Assembly: GCF_006345805.1 (NCBI RefSeq)
Contig: NC_043000.1
Coordinates: forward strand, 128,712,001-128,776,000
Direction: 5' to 3'
Source of the DNA: Octopus sinensis
Taxonomy: Eukaryota
DNA: 64,000 bases
The notes beneath the pieces were generated by a model. It was not told the DNA's origin. It saw nothing but the letters and a program-made list of their open reading frames with translations, and ran no database searches. Within the stretch, counting starts at the first letter, position 1, and each line of letters starts with the position of its first letter. Of this stretch, positions 1 to 12,562 are shown piece after piece. Both the position numbers and the translations under genes were made by a program.

Positions 1-116
1 ACAAAACGCCATTAGCGGATTTGAACACACAATCCACAAATGCTTGGGCCAATAAGGAACTTATTCGGCCTTTTTTCTTCACCCTTCTACATGTACACAT
101 ACGCATTCACATGCAC

Positions 117-194
<78 letters not shown>

Positions 195-209
195 ATAAAT
201 ATATGTATG

Positions 210-290
<81 letters not shown>
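117..290. repeat. (CTAT)n followed by (TA)n microsatellite
   Basis: Directly visible tandem repeats; they explain ORF 21..320. Confidence 0.95.
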
Positions 291-305
291 GTCTATTTAT
301 ACTTA

Positions 306-470
306 TCTCTCTATATATAAACGGCAGTTTGTCTGTCTGTGTGTCTGTTAGGTTGTACCCTCACCCTGACCACGGCTTTCAACCGATTCTGATGAAACTT
401 GACACACACATAGCCCAATGTCATAATTCAAAACTAACGCAGCGAAAATTTTGAAAAGTTCCCCCAGTTC
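306..470 (+). mobile_element. 5' part of a non-autonomous Helitron-like element
   Basis: Starts TCTATATATAAA followed by GTCTGTCTGT and TTCAACCGATT..GATGAAACTT, a layout typical of non-autonomous Helitron-like repeats. The 3' end is not seen. Confidence 0.5.
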
Positions 471-472
471 TG

Positions 473-783
473 AAAGAGGAATGATTTGGCGTTTGAATAA
501 TTCACCTCTGGAAACATGGGTGTTTCGTTTACATCCTTAAACAACCCTTATTCTAGGACCTTTTGAACAAGATGGGCTACTCGACCTGAAGAAAATTCTA
601 ACTGGGCCCCACCTGCAAGGTCATGCGCTGTTTATCTTGATATGGAATCACCATATTATGCACATATGGTTGTGATACATATGCCTGGTGTCCCCCTATC
701 AGACGGGTAGTCATAATGGGTATACTGGGCTTCGTATATTTTACCCCAGTATCACTTTGATGGAATGCGTTCCTCTCTTGCTC

Positions 784-814
<31 letters not shown>

Positions 815-1400
815 TAATAATAATAATAATAATGCCCTGATGCAGTACCCGACAATGGCTCTCGTGGCCTCTGATCTTAACTGATTGGAAGTGTTATCAT
901 GTGCAGGCTTTGTCTTGGAATAAAAGATGGGCCACAACAAATATTCGGCTCAATACCACAAAATTGATTGTCAGTTGTTTAACCTTAAGCAGTAGAGCAT
1001 GTCCCTTAGTGGATGACGATATGTGCATCTGTGATCACGAGCAGAGGTAGTGGGGGAGCATCACAGCCATATCTTGAGAGGAAATCTTTGTGATTTGAAT
1101 GATTCATCTCTGGAAAGATGAGTGTTTCGTCCAACATCCTTAAACATCCCTTATTCAGGGACCTTTTGAGCAGGATTGGCTACTCGACCTGAAGAAAATT
1201 CTAACTGGACCCAACCTGCAAGGTTATGCGCTGTTTATCTTGATATGAGATCACCATATCGTGTACATACGGTCGTGATGTGTATGCCTGGTATACCCTC
1301 TTCAGACGGGTAATCATGATGGGCATACCGGGCTTTGTATATTTTACCCCACTGTCACTCTGATGGCATGCACTACTCTCTCATTCAATAATAATGATAA
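473..1400 (+). mobile_element. Two tandem copies of an interspersed repeat ending in (AAT)n (473-830 is 5'-truncated; 833-1400 is longer); probable retroposon
   Basis: Both share a ~300 bp block (CTACTCGACCTGAAGAAAATTCTAACTGG...TCAGACGGGTA...TATTTTACCCCA...CAATAATAAT) and end in an AAT tail. Confidence 0.7.
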
Positions 1401-1405
1401 GCGTA

Positions 1406-1650
1406 ATGCGGCGAGCTGGCAGAAACGTTAGCACGCCGGGCGAAACGCTTAGCGGTGTTTCGTATGTCTTTACGTTCTGAGTTCAAATTCCGCCGAGGCC
1501 GAATTTGCCTTTCATCCTTTCGGAACAGATAAAATAAATACCTGTTGCGTACTAGGGTCGATCTAATCGACTGGCTCTCTTCCTAAAAATTTCGGGTCTT
1601 GTGCCTAGAGTAGGAAAGAAAATAATAATAATAATAATAATAATAATAAG
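1406..1650 (+). mobile_element. SINE family A (GGCGAGCTGGCAGAAACGTTAGCAC...GAGTTCAAATTCCGCCGAGG...GCCTTTCATCCTTTCGG), with AAT tail
   Basis: B-box-like GTTCAAATTCC; near-identical copies at 11141-11370 and 32392-32745; degenerate copies at ~4530-4715, ~37105-37350(-), ~40000-40140(-) and ~62060-62190(-). Confidence 0.8.
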
Positions 1651-1859
1651 CTTTATAATCCCCAATAATATTATGCAAATTAATATTTTGATTGTTAAAT
1701 TATGTTAGCTAGAAAAGGAAGGATAGTGCCCTTAACCTTTGCAAGTAATACTTCGTCATTGGGGAGATTGAAGTTGTTGATGCTCATTTTAAGCATCTGA
1801 AGGTCGGTGTCTGCAGGGAAAAAGGTAGGCGGTGAGGAAATTCCAGAGATTCGTGGTTA

Positions 1860-2556
1860 TTGTAGCGGAGTGATGGTTGTTATGGTGATGGTGGGTGTTG
1901 TGGCTATAGTAGTTGCTAGTAATAGTTGTGGTGATGGTGGTGGTGATTGCTGATGTGGTGATGTAGTTGGTGGTTATTGAGGTAGTTGGGTTATAGTTGT
2001 GCTGATAGTTATGGTGATAGTTGTGATGGTCACCGGCAGTGGTAATGATTGTGTTGGCGGTGGTTATGGTGGTCGCTGTGGTAATAACCGCTAGTTCTGG
2101 TTGATGTGTTAGTTGGGTGTTGGCAGTGGTGAAAATTGTAACAATTGTTCTGGTTGTTATTGTTTAGTCGTTGGTCATCTCTGATCGTGCAGACTTTTGA
2201 TCAAAGGCATTCCAATCGTAACCATCCCGTATTTTACTTATGTGTCGATATGAAAGAGGTTTGGTTACTATTTCGAGCGAGTCAAACGACCATTTAAGGG
2301 ACAGACGTTGGGTAGTCAGTTTCTGGTGAAGATCTACGTTGTGATAGTAGTTGTTGGTGGTGAAAGTAGTAGTAGTAGTAGTAGTAGTAGTAATAGTAGT
2401 AATGGTAGTGGTAATGGTTGCGGTCGAAGAAATGGTGGTGGAGTGCTTGAGGTGGTAGTATTAGTAGTGATGGTGATAGTAATAGCAGCAGCAGTAGCAA
2501 TAGCAGTAGTAGTAGTGGTTGTGGTGGTGGTGGTGATGGTGGTGGCGGCAGCGGCG
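1860..2556. repeat. Degenerate (GTG/GTA/GTT)n low-complexity tracts interrupted by a short interspersed repeat (~2170-2290)
   Basis: Directly visible; explains ORFs 2294..2500 and 2308..2604. Confidence 0.85.
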
Positions 2557-4019
2557 TATACTTATTTTGGCAGAATTCTTTTTGTATTTATACGAATCAA
2601 CTAGTGAGAAAGTAAGTCACGTGATGAAAATTTGGTTTGTGAAGTCAGAAAAAGAATGAATGACAGGAGATAAAGAAAGAAAGAGACAGAGTGAGAGAAA
2701 GTATAAGGATGTTAACCGAAAAAAAAAATCAGTCAGTAATAAAAGAATATGGGGGAAAAAGGAGAGGAAAAAAGAGGTAAATGAGGAAGACAAGAAAAAC
2801 AGTAAATAAGTATGAATGTAATTTAAAGAGATATAAAAGTTTTAGAGAAAACCACAGAAAAAGAAAAATGAGAGAAAGAGGGGGGAGAGGGAGGAGAGTG
2901 AGGTGAGTATATATGTATGGTTGAAGGAAGATATATAGAAAGATGTTAGCAACAGTGTGTTGAAGGAAGTGGATACAGTGAAACACCTACAAAGATGATT
3001 CAAATGAGTCACGCGTTATCGTACGTGAACGTAAACGTCGAAGCTAAGCTTGGAATTCATTGAGAAATCTCGCCTGTTACAACTATTATCAGTTTGCCTT
3101 CCCCTTACTCACCCTCTTTGTTTGTCTTCAATATGCGAGTTTCACCTTCTCTTTGCCTACTCCTTGACATTTCTTCTTCCTCCTATCTCTATCCTTGACT
3201 CATTTTTTGAGTTACATTCCCACTTATACTTTTATTACACTAAAATTTCATGTCATCTCCTTTCCTACTTCACTATATCTTTATCTCTATAAATACTAGC
3301 ATGTCAAGCACCGTAGATTAGTGGTAAGACCACCGGCGAATCGGCAGTCAGCCAAGTTCGGTTCTTAGGATAGCTATTTCTGATTCTCTCAGTTCTTGTA
3401 TACTTGAAATTTTGGTCTTGGTTTTGGCTAAGAGAGAGAGAGTGAGGAGAGAGAGAGAGAGAGAGAGAGAGAGGATAGAGAGAGAGGATAGAGAGAGAAA
3501 GAGATAATAGGGGAGGAACTACACCAGATTGATTTAATTGCGGAAATGAATGAAATTTTCAACGGTGATCTCATAGCGCATTCAGATTTATAAGGTAGTT
3601 GATTTCTCAATCAAGCAAAATGCTACAAACTGTTGGTTAAATAGAATTCAGGACTTGACTGGTTTTAGTTATTTGACAATGAAAGCATCAACAAGACATT
3701 TTCTCTGACAATCTACCGATTCTACCAACGAGCACAATTGTCTTGGAAAGAAGGTCAATATGATGAGATAATTGATGTGCAAAATTTGAAAATTACTATA
3801 GACAAATGATATTTTCTAGCCTAGACCACAGTCAATTACATCGAACCCATGTTATTTACAAAGGCAATATAGATTCATCTATGTTAGAAAAAAAAAGAAA
3901 AAGACTGGAGCAGAGAAATCAAGGCAAATTCTTTTACCCTCTTGCTATAATGGACCGTAGAACATATCAATATATTTACTAACCAACATTGCGTGTTAGA
4001 ACAAGAAGGAACAACTATA

Positions 4020-4410
4020 CGTACGTTTCAACTGGACTGCGGCCATGTTAGGCTTACCGTCTTGAAGAGACGGTACCTTTGCATGGCCACAGACCAATGG
4101 CAGGTTTAGTCGATCAAATCTATCATAGTACTTATTTTAAATCTGGTATTTGATCTGTTGGACTCTTTTGATGAACAGCTAAATTACGGGGGCGTAAGCA
4201 AACCATCACCAGTTGTCAAGCAGTTAGAGACAAGCACAAGCACACGCACACAGACATGTGCTTAACGGGCTACGGGCTACTCGCAGTTTCTTTCATATTC
4301 ACGCGAGGCATTAGATAGCCCGGGGCTATAGTAAAAGACACTTGCCCAATGTGCCTCGCCGTGGGACTGGGCCTAAAAACACGTGGATGCGGAGCGAACT
4401 TCTTAACTAC
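4020..4410 (-). mobile_element. Degenerate SINE family B copy
   Basis: AAAGACACTTGCCCAA and GACTGCGGCCATG match the reverse complement of the intact copy at 44531-44950. Confidence 0.7.
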
Positions 4411-5220
4411 AAAGTCATACCTGTATCTATGATATCTACAATTTGAAATGTCTTATTTAATCGTCATTACAATGTTAGGTTTGTCTGGAAATTCGATTCT
4501 CTTTTCTTTAGCGTGTCGGACAAAAGTGATTAGTAGCATTTCTTTCGGCTCTTTACGTTCTGAGTTCAAATTTTCCCTGTTCAAATTTTCCCTAAGTTGA
4601 TCTTTCCTTTCACCCTTTCGGGGTTGATAAAATAAGTACAAGTTGAGCACTGGGGTCGATATATTCGACTTACTCCCTCCTCTAAAATAGCTAGCTTTGT
4701 ACCAAAATTTGTACCAATATTTACATCGACAGCTTCATTTATATGTTCTAAGAATTGTTTCAGAACTAATGGAGTTTCGTTAGAAATTATAAGCAGGTTT
4801 GAATTTCTAAAGAATGTGACAAATGATTCTATTAACAAATGTAGATAGAAGGGAGGAATTTGTAGAATGTTGGTACGATAATTTGCAAACTGACTGACTA
4901 ATTTTTGTTAAGCTCGAATGTGGTTATCGCAGCAACACCGGTGGCGAATTGTCACAGTCGTCAGAATATCGGACGAAAAGCCTTACGATATCTATTCACA
5001 CATTCTTATGCTCTGACATAAAATCCTGCCGAGGCTAGCTTTTCCCTTCATCCTTCCGAGATCGATTAATAAAATATCAGTTTAAGGTAGTGAACTGGTG
5101 AAATCGTCAAGGCGCCTGACCGGTAGCTTTGCGGTATTTGTTTCAGCTTCTTGCGTGTCAAATTCCGCAGTGGTCTAATTATTACTTAGGCAGATTGACA
5201 GAGATAGTGTAGATTGTTTT

Positions 5221-5440
5221 TTATATTTGTAGCCTAGAATAATGTGAATATATCTGGATGTTTAGGGAACTATATGGGTTTGAACTAACTGCGGCAACTA
5301 ACTGTGCTTGTATGAAGCTGTCTGTATTTTGCATAGGTGTGAAGAGAATGTGTAGATAGAGCATGAACAGAAGGGGTGAAACTGCGGATCCTTGTTGTAC
5401 TCCTTTCGAGAAATTAAAGGTTCTTGAAGTGTTTTTCATC
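5221..5440 (-). pseudogene. LINE reverse transcriptase fragment
   Basis: Translation contains KGVQQGSAVSPLLFMLYL, the RT motif G-x-x-QG-x-x-x-SPLLF. Confidence 0.65.
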
Positions 5441-5519
5441 TACACCCATAGACTTGGTGATCTGCTAGTTAATTTGGTAGCCACTGTTTTGTTATTTCTT
5501 CCTCAGTGAAAAGAGAGCG

Positions 5520-6290
5520 TTCCTTAAGACATCCAGAGACCCAGCAAGAATAACTGTATTATTAGCAAAATCCAGATCAGTAATCCTGGTTTCACTAATG
5601 AGCGCTCCACAACTTGATCGAACAACCATCCCGTCAAGAATCCAGGCCATGTAGGCATTGAAAAGAGTGGGAGCCTAAACACAACCCTGTCAAACCACAG
5701 AGCTGTAACTGTGAAACAGTCAGATGCTGGGCCCCCAATCCGAACTGCACTAGCTGTTCCAGTATACAAGGCCGTCATTGTCCAACTACTCGGGGAAGTA
5801 TACCTCACAGCTCCAGAATCCTCCAGAGTACACCCCTGTCCACCGAAGCGAACGCCTTGCAGAGGTCGACACTAGCTACAAATAGCCTCTGCTGAAAACT
5901 CTGCCTTGCGCTCAATGAGTGCACGGAGAGCCAAGATCCTGTCAGTATTTGACCTCTTTGGCGTAAACCCTGACTACACAGAAGCTAGCAAATGATTTCG
6001 TACTATGTTTTAGCATAACCCTTGCAAAGACCAAACGGGGCACTGAGAGGAGTCTAACAGCCCTGTAATTGTTCAGTTGTGGCGGTCACCTTTACATTCC
6101 CAGATAATTATGTCCTTCTTCTAGTTAGGCGGTGTGATACCACTGTTCGAAATTGAGCAGATGATCTGTCACAAAAATAAGACTGCAGTAGGTTCACTTT
6201 TGCTTCATGATTTCCCCTTGGATGTCACAAACACCAGCAGCCTTCCCACCTCTCAACTGATTTATTGCCGCACAAACCTCGTCTGCGAAT
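5520..6290 (-). mobile_element. RTE-clade LINE RT fragment, frameshifted
   Basis: Fragments read LRGGKAAGVCDIQGEIMK, NYRAVRLLSVP, SGFTPKRSNTDRILALRALIER and LYTGTASAVRIGG, collinear with the N-terminal half of an RTE RT. Confidence 0.75.
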
Positions 6291-7343
6291 GGGGGAATAT
6301 GACCCCATCCAAAAAAGAACATCAATAAAACACTATACAAAGCATTATCAACAACAATGATTGCACTCAATGTCTTATTAACAATCTCAAATATATCCAC
6401 ACTGCAACATCATATCAAGTATTTTTTGAAAATCAGCCACTTAGCAACGAAGACAGGAACACAAAGTAAAGTGCAGTTTCTACATAGACAATAATGATTT
6501 TAAGCCCTTACCTTCTATCCAGCACTTACAAAGCAAGCGGTGGATACAGTGACATGCTGCAACGGCTCATCAGCCCCATATCTGACCCGACCATGACCAT
6601 GTTGTAACACATGTTTGGCAGTTTTCTGGAGTGGGGTAATGATTCATAATTTTTTTTTACTTCTATGTTTAATTGTTTGATGCTGTTCGGCTCTGGGTGG
6701 TTTTAGTGAATTGTGTTTCATATTGTTCTGTCTCTGGTTCCCATGAGGTTAGCCATTTCCGGTGTGTAAACAGGATACTATTTTTTGTGTTGTCTTATGG
6801 AATATGTATTTTTGACGTATATTTATAACTATTTTCTTAAATGTACGTATTGCTGTGTTGATGTTGGTGATTGTGTTGCTGCAGAATTCTGAAAAAAATT
6901 GTTTTCGCTTGTGAATGAAACTCGATCCATCGTGATATTTTAAAGCTTGTATGAAGACTTTGCTATCTTTATTTATATGCACGCTTTTGAGAGAATAATT
7001 GGTAGGTGGTCTTTGGAAAGTTAGGAACTTATTTGCCAGGTGCATATGATAGTTTGTAGAGAAGGTGATACCTAAGGGGAAAAAATTAGCGGGTTAGCTT
7101 GATAATGAATATTTGTGAATTGTTTAAGATATAAAGAAAATCTAGTTTTGTCATCTGCACTGTTTGAAAACTAACCTTGACTGTACTGAAGCTTCTCCTA
7201 AATGATGATGTTTGTGAGAATGTTAAATTGTTGTACTTGGGGTATAAAACTTGGTAGGACGGTTGGAGAGGTCAGTGGTGCTGTGTGTATGTGTTTATGT
7301 GTGCGTGCGTGCGTTTGTGTATGTGTGTGAGTGTGTGTGTATG

Positions 7344-7427
<84 letters not shown>

Positions 7428-7924
7428 AGCTTATAATGTAATTCATGTTTTTTTTTATTGCGCAGTCACATGACCAACAAAAAGTGCAGCCAAATTTCCC
7501 TGAAACCCTACCCTGGCATTTCCTAAAATATTTAAATATATGGAAATATACCAATACTGAATATGATATGGCCGAAGAGAAGACATGATGGTCACGGCTA
7601 GGATGCCAGTCAAATTTTGTGTGCATGATACCCAGACTTATTTCTCTTGCTTGAATGCTGCCATAGAACAACTACTAAGAATATGTTCAAAACGGGCTTT
7701 AAAACGCCTGCAAAGGTCAGTGTCTTACAATGTCTAGAAAATATAAAAACAGCTGAAAAAAATATTGCCAACACCAGTAACGACATCAAGAAATATCGTT
7801 GTTATCTCCCTTCCCTACGTCACTAGCCCGCATAAAATATAAATGTTTCACAAAAATATATTTATAATTATGACATAAATATGAAAAAAATTTTTATAGT
7901 AAACCACTTACTTGCCCGACGACA

Positions 7925-8836
7925 GCACGCAACACACCCTTCTATTTGCTGATGATGTCAAACTGGTCGCTCCTCGCAGTGATATAGAGGATCTTCGTTG
8001 ATACCTCCACCAAATTTGGAGATGGTCTAACGAATGGGACCTGTGTCTGAACGTGTCAAAGTGCTGTCATCTGTCTGTTGGCTCTTCTCCTGCAACTCAA
8101 CTTGATTTCGAGCCGGGTCGTCTGCTGCTGGAGAGGACCGACCAGGTAAAGGACCTGGGTATCTTGGTGGATTCTTCCTTTTCGCCTTCGGCCCAGTGCG
8201 TCCATGCTGCCAACAAAGCACGCGGAATTCTGTTTTTGATTCGACGGTCATTCGGAATGCTCACAGCAGCCATATTCCTACCGCTCTATGTCACGCTGGT
8301 GAGACCCATATTGGAGTACGGGATTCAAGCCTCTTCTCCTTATCTCCTCAAAGACATACAGCATCTCGAAAGAGTCCAGAAGCTGGCTCCCCGCATGGTT
8401 CTTGGTCTCAGGCATTTGTCTTATGAAGAAAGGCTGAAGACACTCGACCTTTATTCTCTAGAAAAACGACGACGTCGTGGTGATCTCATTCTTGCTCACA
8501 ACATCATAAGCGGAAAGTGTAACCTCACGAAAGAGCTGTTCTTCACTCCTGCTCCAGAGCGTCGGCTGCGGGGTCACTCCGAAAAGCTATATCTGCGACG
8601 ATTTCATCTCAATCGAAGGAGAGGGGCTTTCTCCGTCCGGGTTGCTGATCTGGGGAATAAGCTGCCGGACGAGATAGTGAAGATGCCGAAGACCGCTCGG
8701 TTCAAAGTCTCCCTTGACCACAAGTGGCCTGAACTCTTTACATGAACACCACCCTGTACATAACTCCATGTCCCCCTACATGGCCTTGCTTTTTGCTTTT
8801 TGAGCCAAAAAATTAACTAACTAAATAACTAACTAA
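7925..8836 (+). mobile_element. 5'-truncated CR1-type LINE (RT C-terminus, short 3' UTR, (AACT)n tail)
   Basis: LLFADDVKL upstream, then ORF 8053..8745 with KDLGILVD, LYVTLVRPILEYG, LERVQK, RRRRGDLI, LRGH and FSVRV; ends in AATTAACTAACTAAATAACTAACTAA. Confidence 0.9.
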
Positions 8837-9069
8837 TAAAAGAAAATACACATCTCTGGAATTTAAAAAAAAACTATTATCACTCATTATAGAAATGCTT
8901 TCACAGCGGGAATGGTGTCATAACGTATAAAAATGTGAATTTAATATACAGATATTAGAAATGACATTTGTAAACTGTAATATGAAACGCTACCACGATA
9001 TTCACTCCTTGACGTAATGTGCCTCAATGACTTAGAGAGCTATGCTAGCAAAGTGCAAGCTCCTGGTAC

Positions 9070-9330
9070 GGCCTCCCATGCTAGACAGGTCAAACTGATA
9101 TGAAACACCTCTTCCCAATGGGTTTGCATTGAACCAACATTCCGACCTACAAAAATGCAAAGTTACAGAGGCATTGACGACAACATCTGGGAGACGCAGT
9201 GCAGCTAAATCCGAAAGGAAGCTGTAAAGAAGAGCAGAGACCCAACTTTAGAGAAGTAGAAAAGCCGACCCAGAGTCGGAAACAGTGGAGAAAATTTGTC
9301 GATCGTCTATGCTCCATGGGGAGCAAAGGA
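9070..9330 (+). mobile_element. Degenerate RTE LINE 3' end
   Basis: Reads NFREVEKPTQSRKQWRKFVDRLCSMGSKG, resembling the RTE C-terminus (..AQDRxxWRxxVxxLC). Confidence 0.5.
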
Positions 9331-9825
9331 GATAATATAAAACAATACAAAAGGACACTGTACTGAAAATGCAAATTTATAAAGTCTTCACTCCGTATAG
9401 AAGTAGTCGACGAACTCCTTTCCTCTAAAATTACTATTCTTGTGTCAAAATTAGAATTAATTGTTGTCGCGATTGTGGCGGCGGCGGCAGCGGCAGTGGT
9501 AGTTTGTTAGTGATGATGACGGTGGGGATACTGAGAGTGGTAGCGATGATGATGCGTTCGTATTGTTTTTAGTTTTTGTTGTTGTTGCTAAGCATAAATA
9601 AAAGCTTCCTTCAAGTACGAGGAAATGCTTTAGATTGATAAAGATCTTTGCATACTTTAGGGGCCAAAAACCAGGTTTTCCTTCCCAAAATTTAGTAAGG
9701 AAATATTTTCGCAGTATTTCTTACTTTCGTTCTATTTCTTTAATTTCCACCACTCATTTTCTGTCGTCCTGCATACCTACCTACCTACCTACCTACCTAC
9801 CTACCTACCCACCTACCTACCTACC

Positions 9826-9944
9826 GCTCTAACAGGGCAACAAAGCCACCATTCGGTCTCTGGTAAATGAATAGGGGCGCGAATTACTGGAGCCAAGTAA
9901 AATGTGTGAGGCCTTTCAACAGTATTTTGCCCGTCTGTTCGAGT
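9826..9944 (+). mobile_element. Short internal fragment of the Tx1-like LINE, directly after (CCTA)n
   Basis: AACAGGGCAACAAAGCCACCATTCGGTC...AAAATGTGTGAGGCCTTTCA is nearly the reverse complement of 50610-50725. Confidence 0.85.
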
Positions 9945-9964
9945 AAAAAAAAAATAGGAAAAAT

Positions 9965-10146
9965 AATCCAGAACCCTTGTCTGGTACCAGATCGATCCCA
10001 AAATCTAACGAGACCGTACCAGTCACGAGGCAAAACATCCCTGAAAGTTTCATCCGAATCCATCTAGCGATTCTTGAGATATCTTGTCCACGGACAAACA
10101 AACACAACTGAAACAATACCTCCGCCTTCGCTAAGGCAGAAGTAAC
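9965..10146 (-). mobile_element. Helentron-associated (HINE/DINE-1-like) non-autonomous element end
   Basis: Subterminal hairpin ACCTCCGCCTT-CGCT-AAGGCAGAAGT (10118-10143) next to GTTTGTTTGTCCGT, a DINE-1/HINE-like layout. Confidence 0.55.
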
Positions 10147-10434
10147 AAGGTAGAGTCGGGGATAGCACACCGGTTTACCAATGTGTACTGACATATACGT
10201 ATTTAATATTGACAGTGACTTCGAAGTGTCGGCCAGCTAAGCCCAAATCGGACAGTCCGATCATTGTTTAGCTGACCGCAACTTTGAAGTCAATGTCAAT
10301 ACTATGTACGTATATGTCAGTACTCATTGTGTATATCCTTGTTAAAGAATAATAAATATGTTCTCTATAAAAGTATTGAGTAACCCTTTAGATTAATGTA
10401 CAATCGTTTTTATTATAACTGATAAAAACAGGCA

Positions 10435-10485
<51 letters not shown>

Positions 10486-10589
10486 GCACTGAAGTTAAGT
10501 GTAGTCATAGAGTGACCAATGGATTTGCATCCACCAAAGTCACAGCTTTATGGACAGCTCTCATCAGACTCTCTCTCTCTCTCTCTCTC

Positions 10590-11000
10590 TCTCTTGGGCA
10601 CCGGAATGGCTGTGTGATAAGAACCTTGCTTCCCAACCACATGGTTCCGGGTTCAGCCCCACTGCTGGCACCTTGGGCAAGTATCTACTACTATAACTTC
10701 AAGCCGACCAAAGCCTTGTAAGTGGATTTGGTCGATAGAAACTGAAAGAAGCCCGTCCTATATATATGTGTGTGTGTGTATGTATGTATGTATTTGTGTG
10801 TCTGTGTTTTCCCCCCACCATCACTTGATAGCCATTGTTGGTGTGTATACATCCCCTGAACTTAGCGGTTCGGAGAAAGTGACGGATAGAATAAGTACTA
10901 GGCTTACAAAGAATAAGTCCTGGGATCAATTTGTTCGACTAAAAGCAGTGCTCGAACATGACCGCAGTCAAATGACTGAAATATGTAAAAGAATAAAAGA
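10590..11000 (+). mobile_element. SINE family B (tRNA-like head, CORE-like CACCTTGGGCAAG, internal microsatellite, AT-rich tail)
   Basis: A-box-like TGGCTGTGTGAT and B-box-like GGTTCAGCCC; collinear with 22570-23025, 44531-44950 and 45890-46290. Confidence 0.85.
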
Positions 11001-11040
11001 ATGTATGTATTGTATGTATGTATGTATGTATGTATGTATG

Positions 11041-11071
<31 letters not shown>

Positions 11072-11140
11072 GTATGTATGTATGTATGTATGTATGTATG
11101 TATGTATGTATGTATGTGTGTATGCATGTATGTATGTATC

Positions 11141-11370
11141 GGCGAGCTGGCAGAGACGTTAGCACACCGGGCGAAGTGCTTCGCGGTATTTCGCCCGTCG
11201 CCACGTTCTGAGTTCAAATTCCACCGAGGTCGACTTTGCCTTTCATCCTTTCGGGGTCGATAAATTAAGTACCAGCTACGCACTGGGGTCGATGTAATCG
11301 ACTTAATCCGTGTGTCTGTCCTTGTTTGTCCCCTCTATGTTTAGCCCCCTGTGGGTAGTAAAGAAACGTA
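11141..11370 (+). mobile_element. SINE family A
   Basis: Near-identical to 1406-1620 and 32392-32570; follows an (ATGT)n tract. Confidence 0.85.
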
Positions 11371-12177
11371 TATACATACATGCATATATAGGCATGTAAA
11401 CATAGGAACATAAACGTGTGTATATGAATATGTATATTTTTTTTTATTTGCTGATTCTGGAGGAAAAGGCAGCGGCCATGACCTTTGCAAGCCCTTCGAA
11501 AGCGGTGAGCTGGATGCCATTAATGTTCCATATAAACTGTTGCAGGTCAACACCTGCAGGAAAGACATGAACAGGGAGCAGATTCCAGACGGGAGATGTT
11601 TATAAGAGTAAAGTCTGGGTGAAGTGATTAGTTCAGGGGCGGCGGCGGCGGCGGCGGCGGTGGTAGTGGTAGAGGACGCACCAAGTGTGATGTGAGGTAG
11701 AGTGAATCAGGGGTACGTGAGTGGAAGCGGTAAGAAATCAGTCATCTCCGAAAAGAAGTGGTGAGGCATTAATAGTGTACGTATGTGTGTATGTATATAT
11801 GTAAGCATGTCTATTTACCTGTCTGTCTGTCTGTCTGTTTCTCTCCTCCCACTCTTTCTCTGCGAACTCTGTCTTTTCAATTCTGTTTATCCAATAACCT
11901 CATTGTCCTCTCGCATCTTGAACAGTGATTAAAAAATCAATCCTTTTTGTTCTATCTCAATCAATGTAAACCGTTAGCACCACCACCACCACCGCCGCCG
12001 CCGCCGCCAGTTCTTCTTCTTCTTCTTCTTCTTCTTCTTCTTCAACCACCACCACCACCACCACCACCAGCACCTCCTCCACCCCTCCTCGCCCTCTCCG
12101 TTCCAAGTGGTTTTCTGTAAAGGACATCAGCAGGTCAGAAAGTAAGTAACCATGTTAAGGAATTGCACGCTTCGCTT

Positions 12178-12191
12178 CCACCAGGTGGCGC
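12178..12191 (+). promoter_or_regulatory. Candidate CTCF-binding site
   Basis: CCACCAGGTGGCGC is an exact match to the CTCF core consensus CCASYAGRKGGCRS, in unique sequence. Confidence 0.35.
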
Positions 12192-12513
12192 ATAAGTCGG
12201 ATGATTCTCTTAGCCACGGTCGTCGTCAGATTGTCAGATTTACACAGCTTGAATAAACCATGGAATCGTTGGCCTTTTTTCTAGTAGTAGTAGTAGTTGT
12301 TGTTGTTGTTGTTGTTGTAGTTCCTCTATGGTTGTATTTACAGTTATGGTCGTTTTTTATTGTTTTTTCTTATTGTTTTCAGTTTTGTTAATTTTGCTGT
12401 TTTAGTCGTTGTTTCAACTGACATTCTCCAGCTTCCTCAACACATATACACACTCTCTTTCGTATGTACTCATGTCATACAAATGCCCACGTACCACGCT
12501 CCCACGCACAAAT

Positions 12514-12562
<49 letters not shown>

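Noticed and set aside
6630-7760. Coding-like AT-rich stretches (ORF 6749..7045 and neighbours)
   Set aside because: Probably decayed TE sequence, but no diagnostic motif could be assigned.
11447-11556. Minus-strand terminal exon (TCTTTCCTGCAG|GVDLQQFIWNINGIQLTAFEGLAKVMAAAFSSRISK*)
   Set aside because: It has a good acceptor but no supporting minus-strand exons and an unrecognised peptide. It overlaps the plus-strand candidate, so it is kept only as an alternative.
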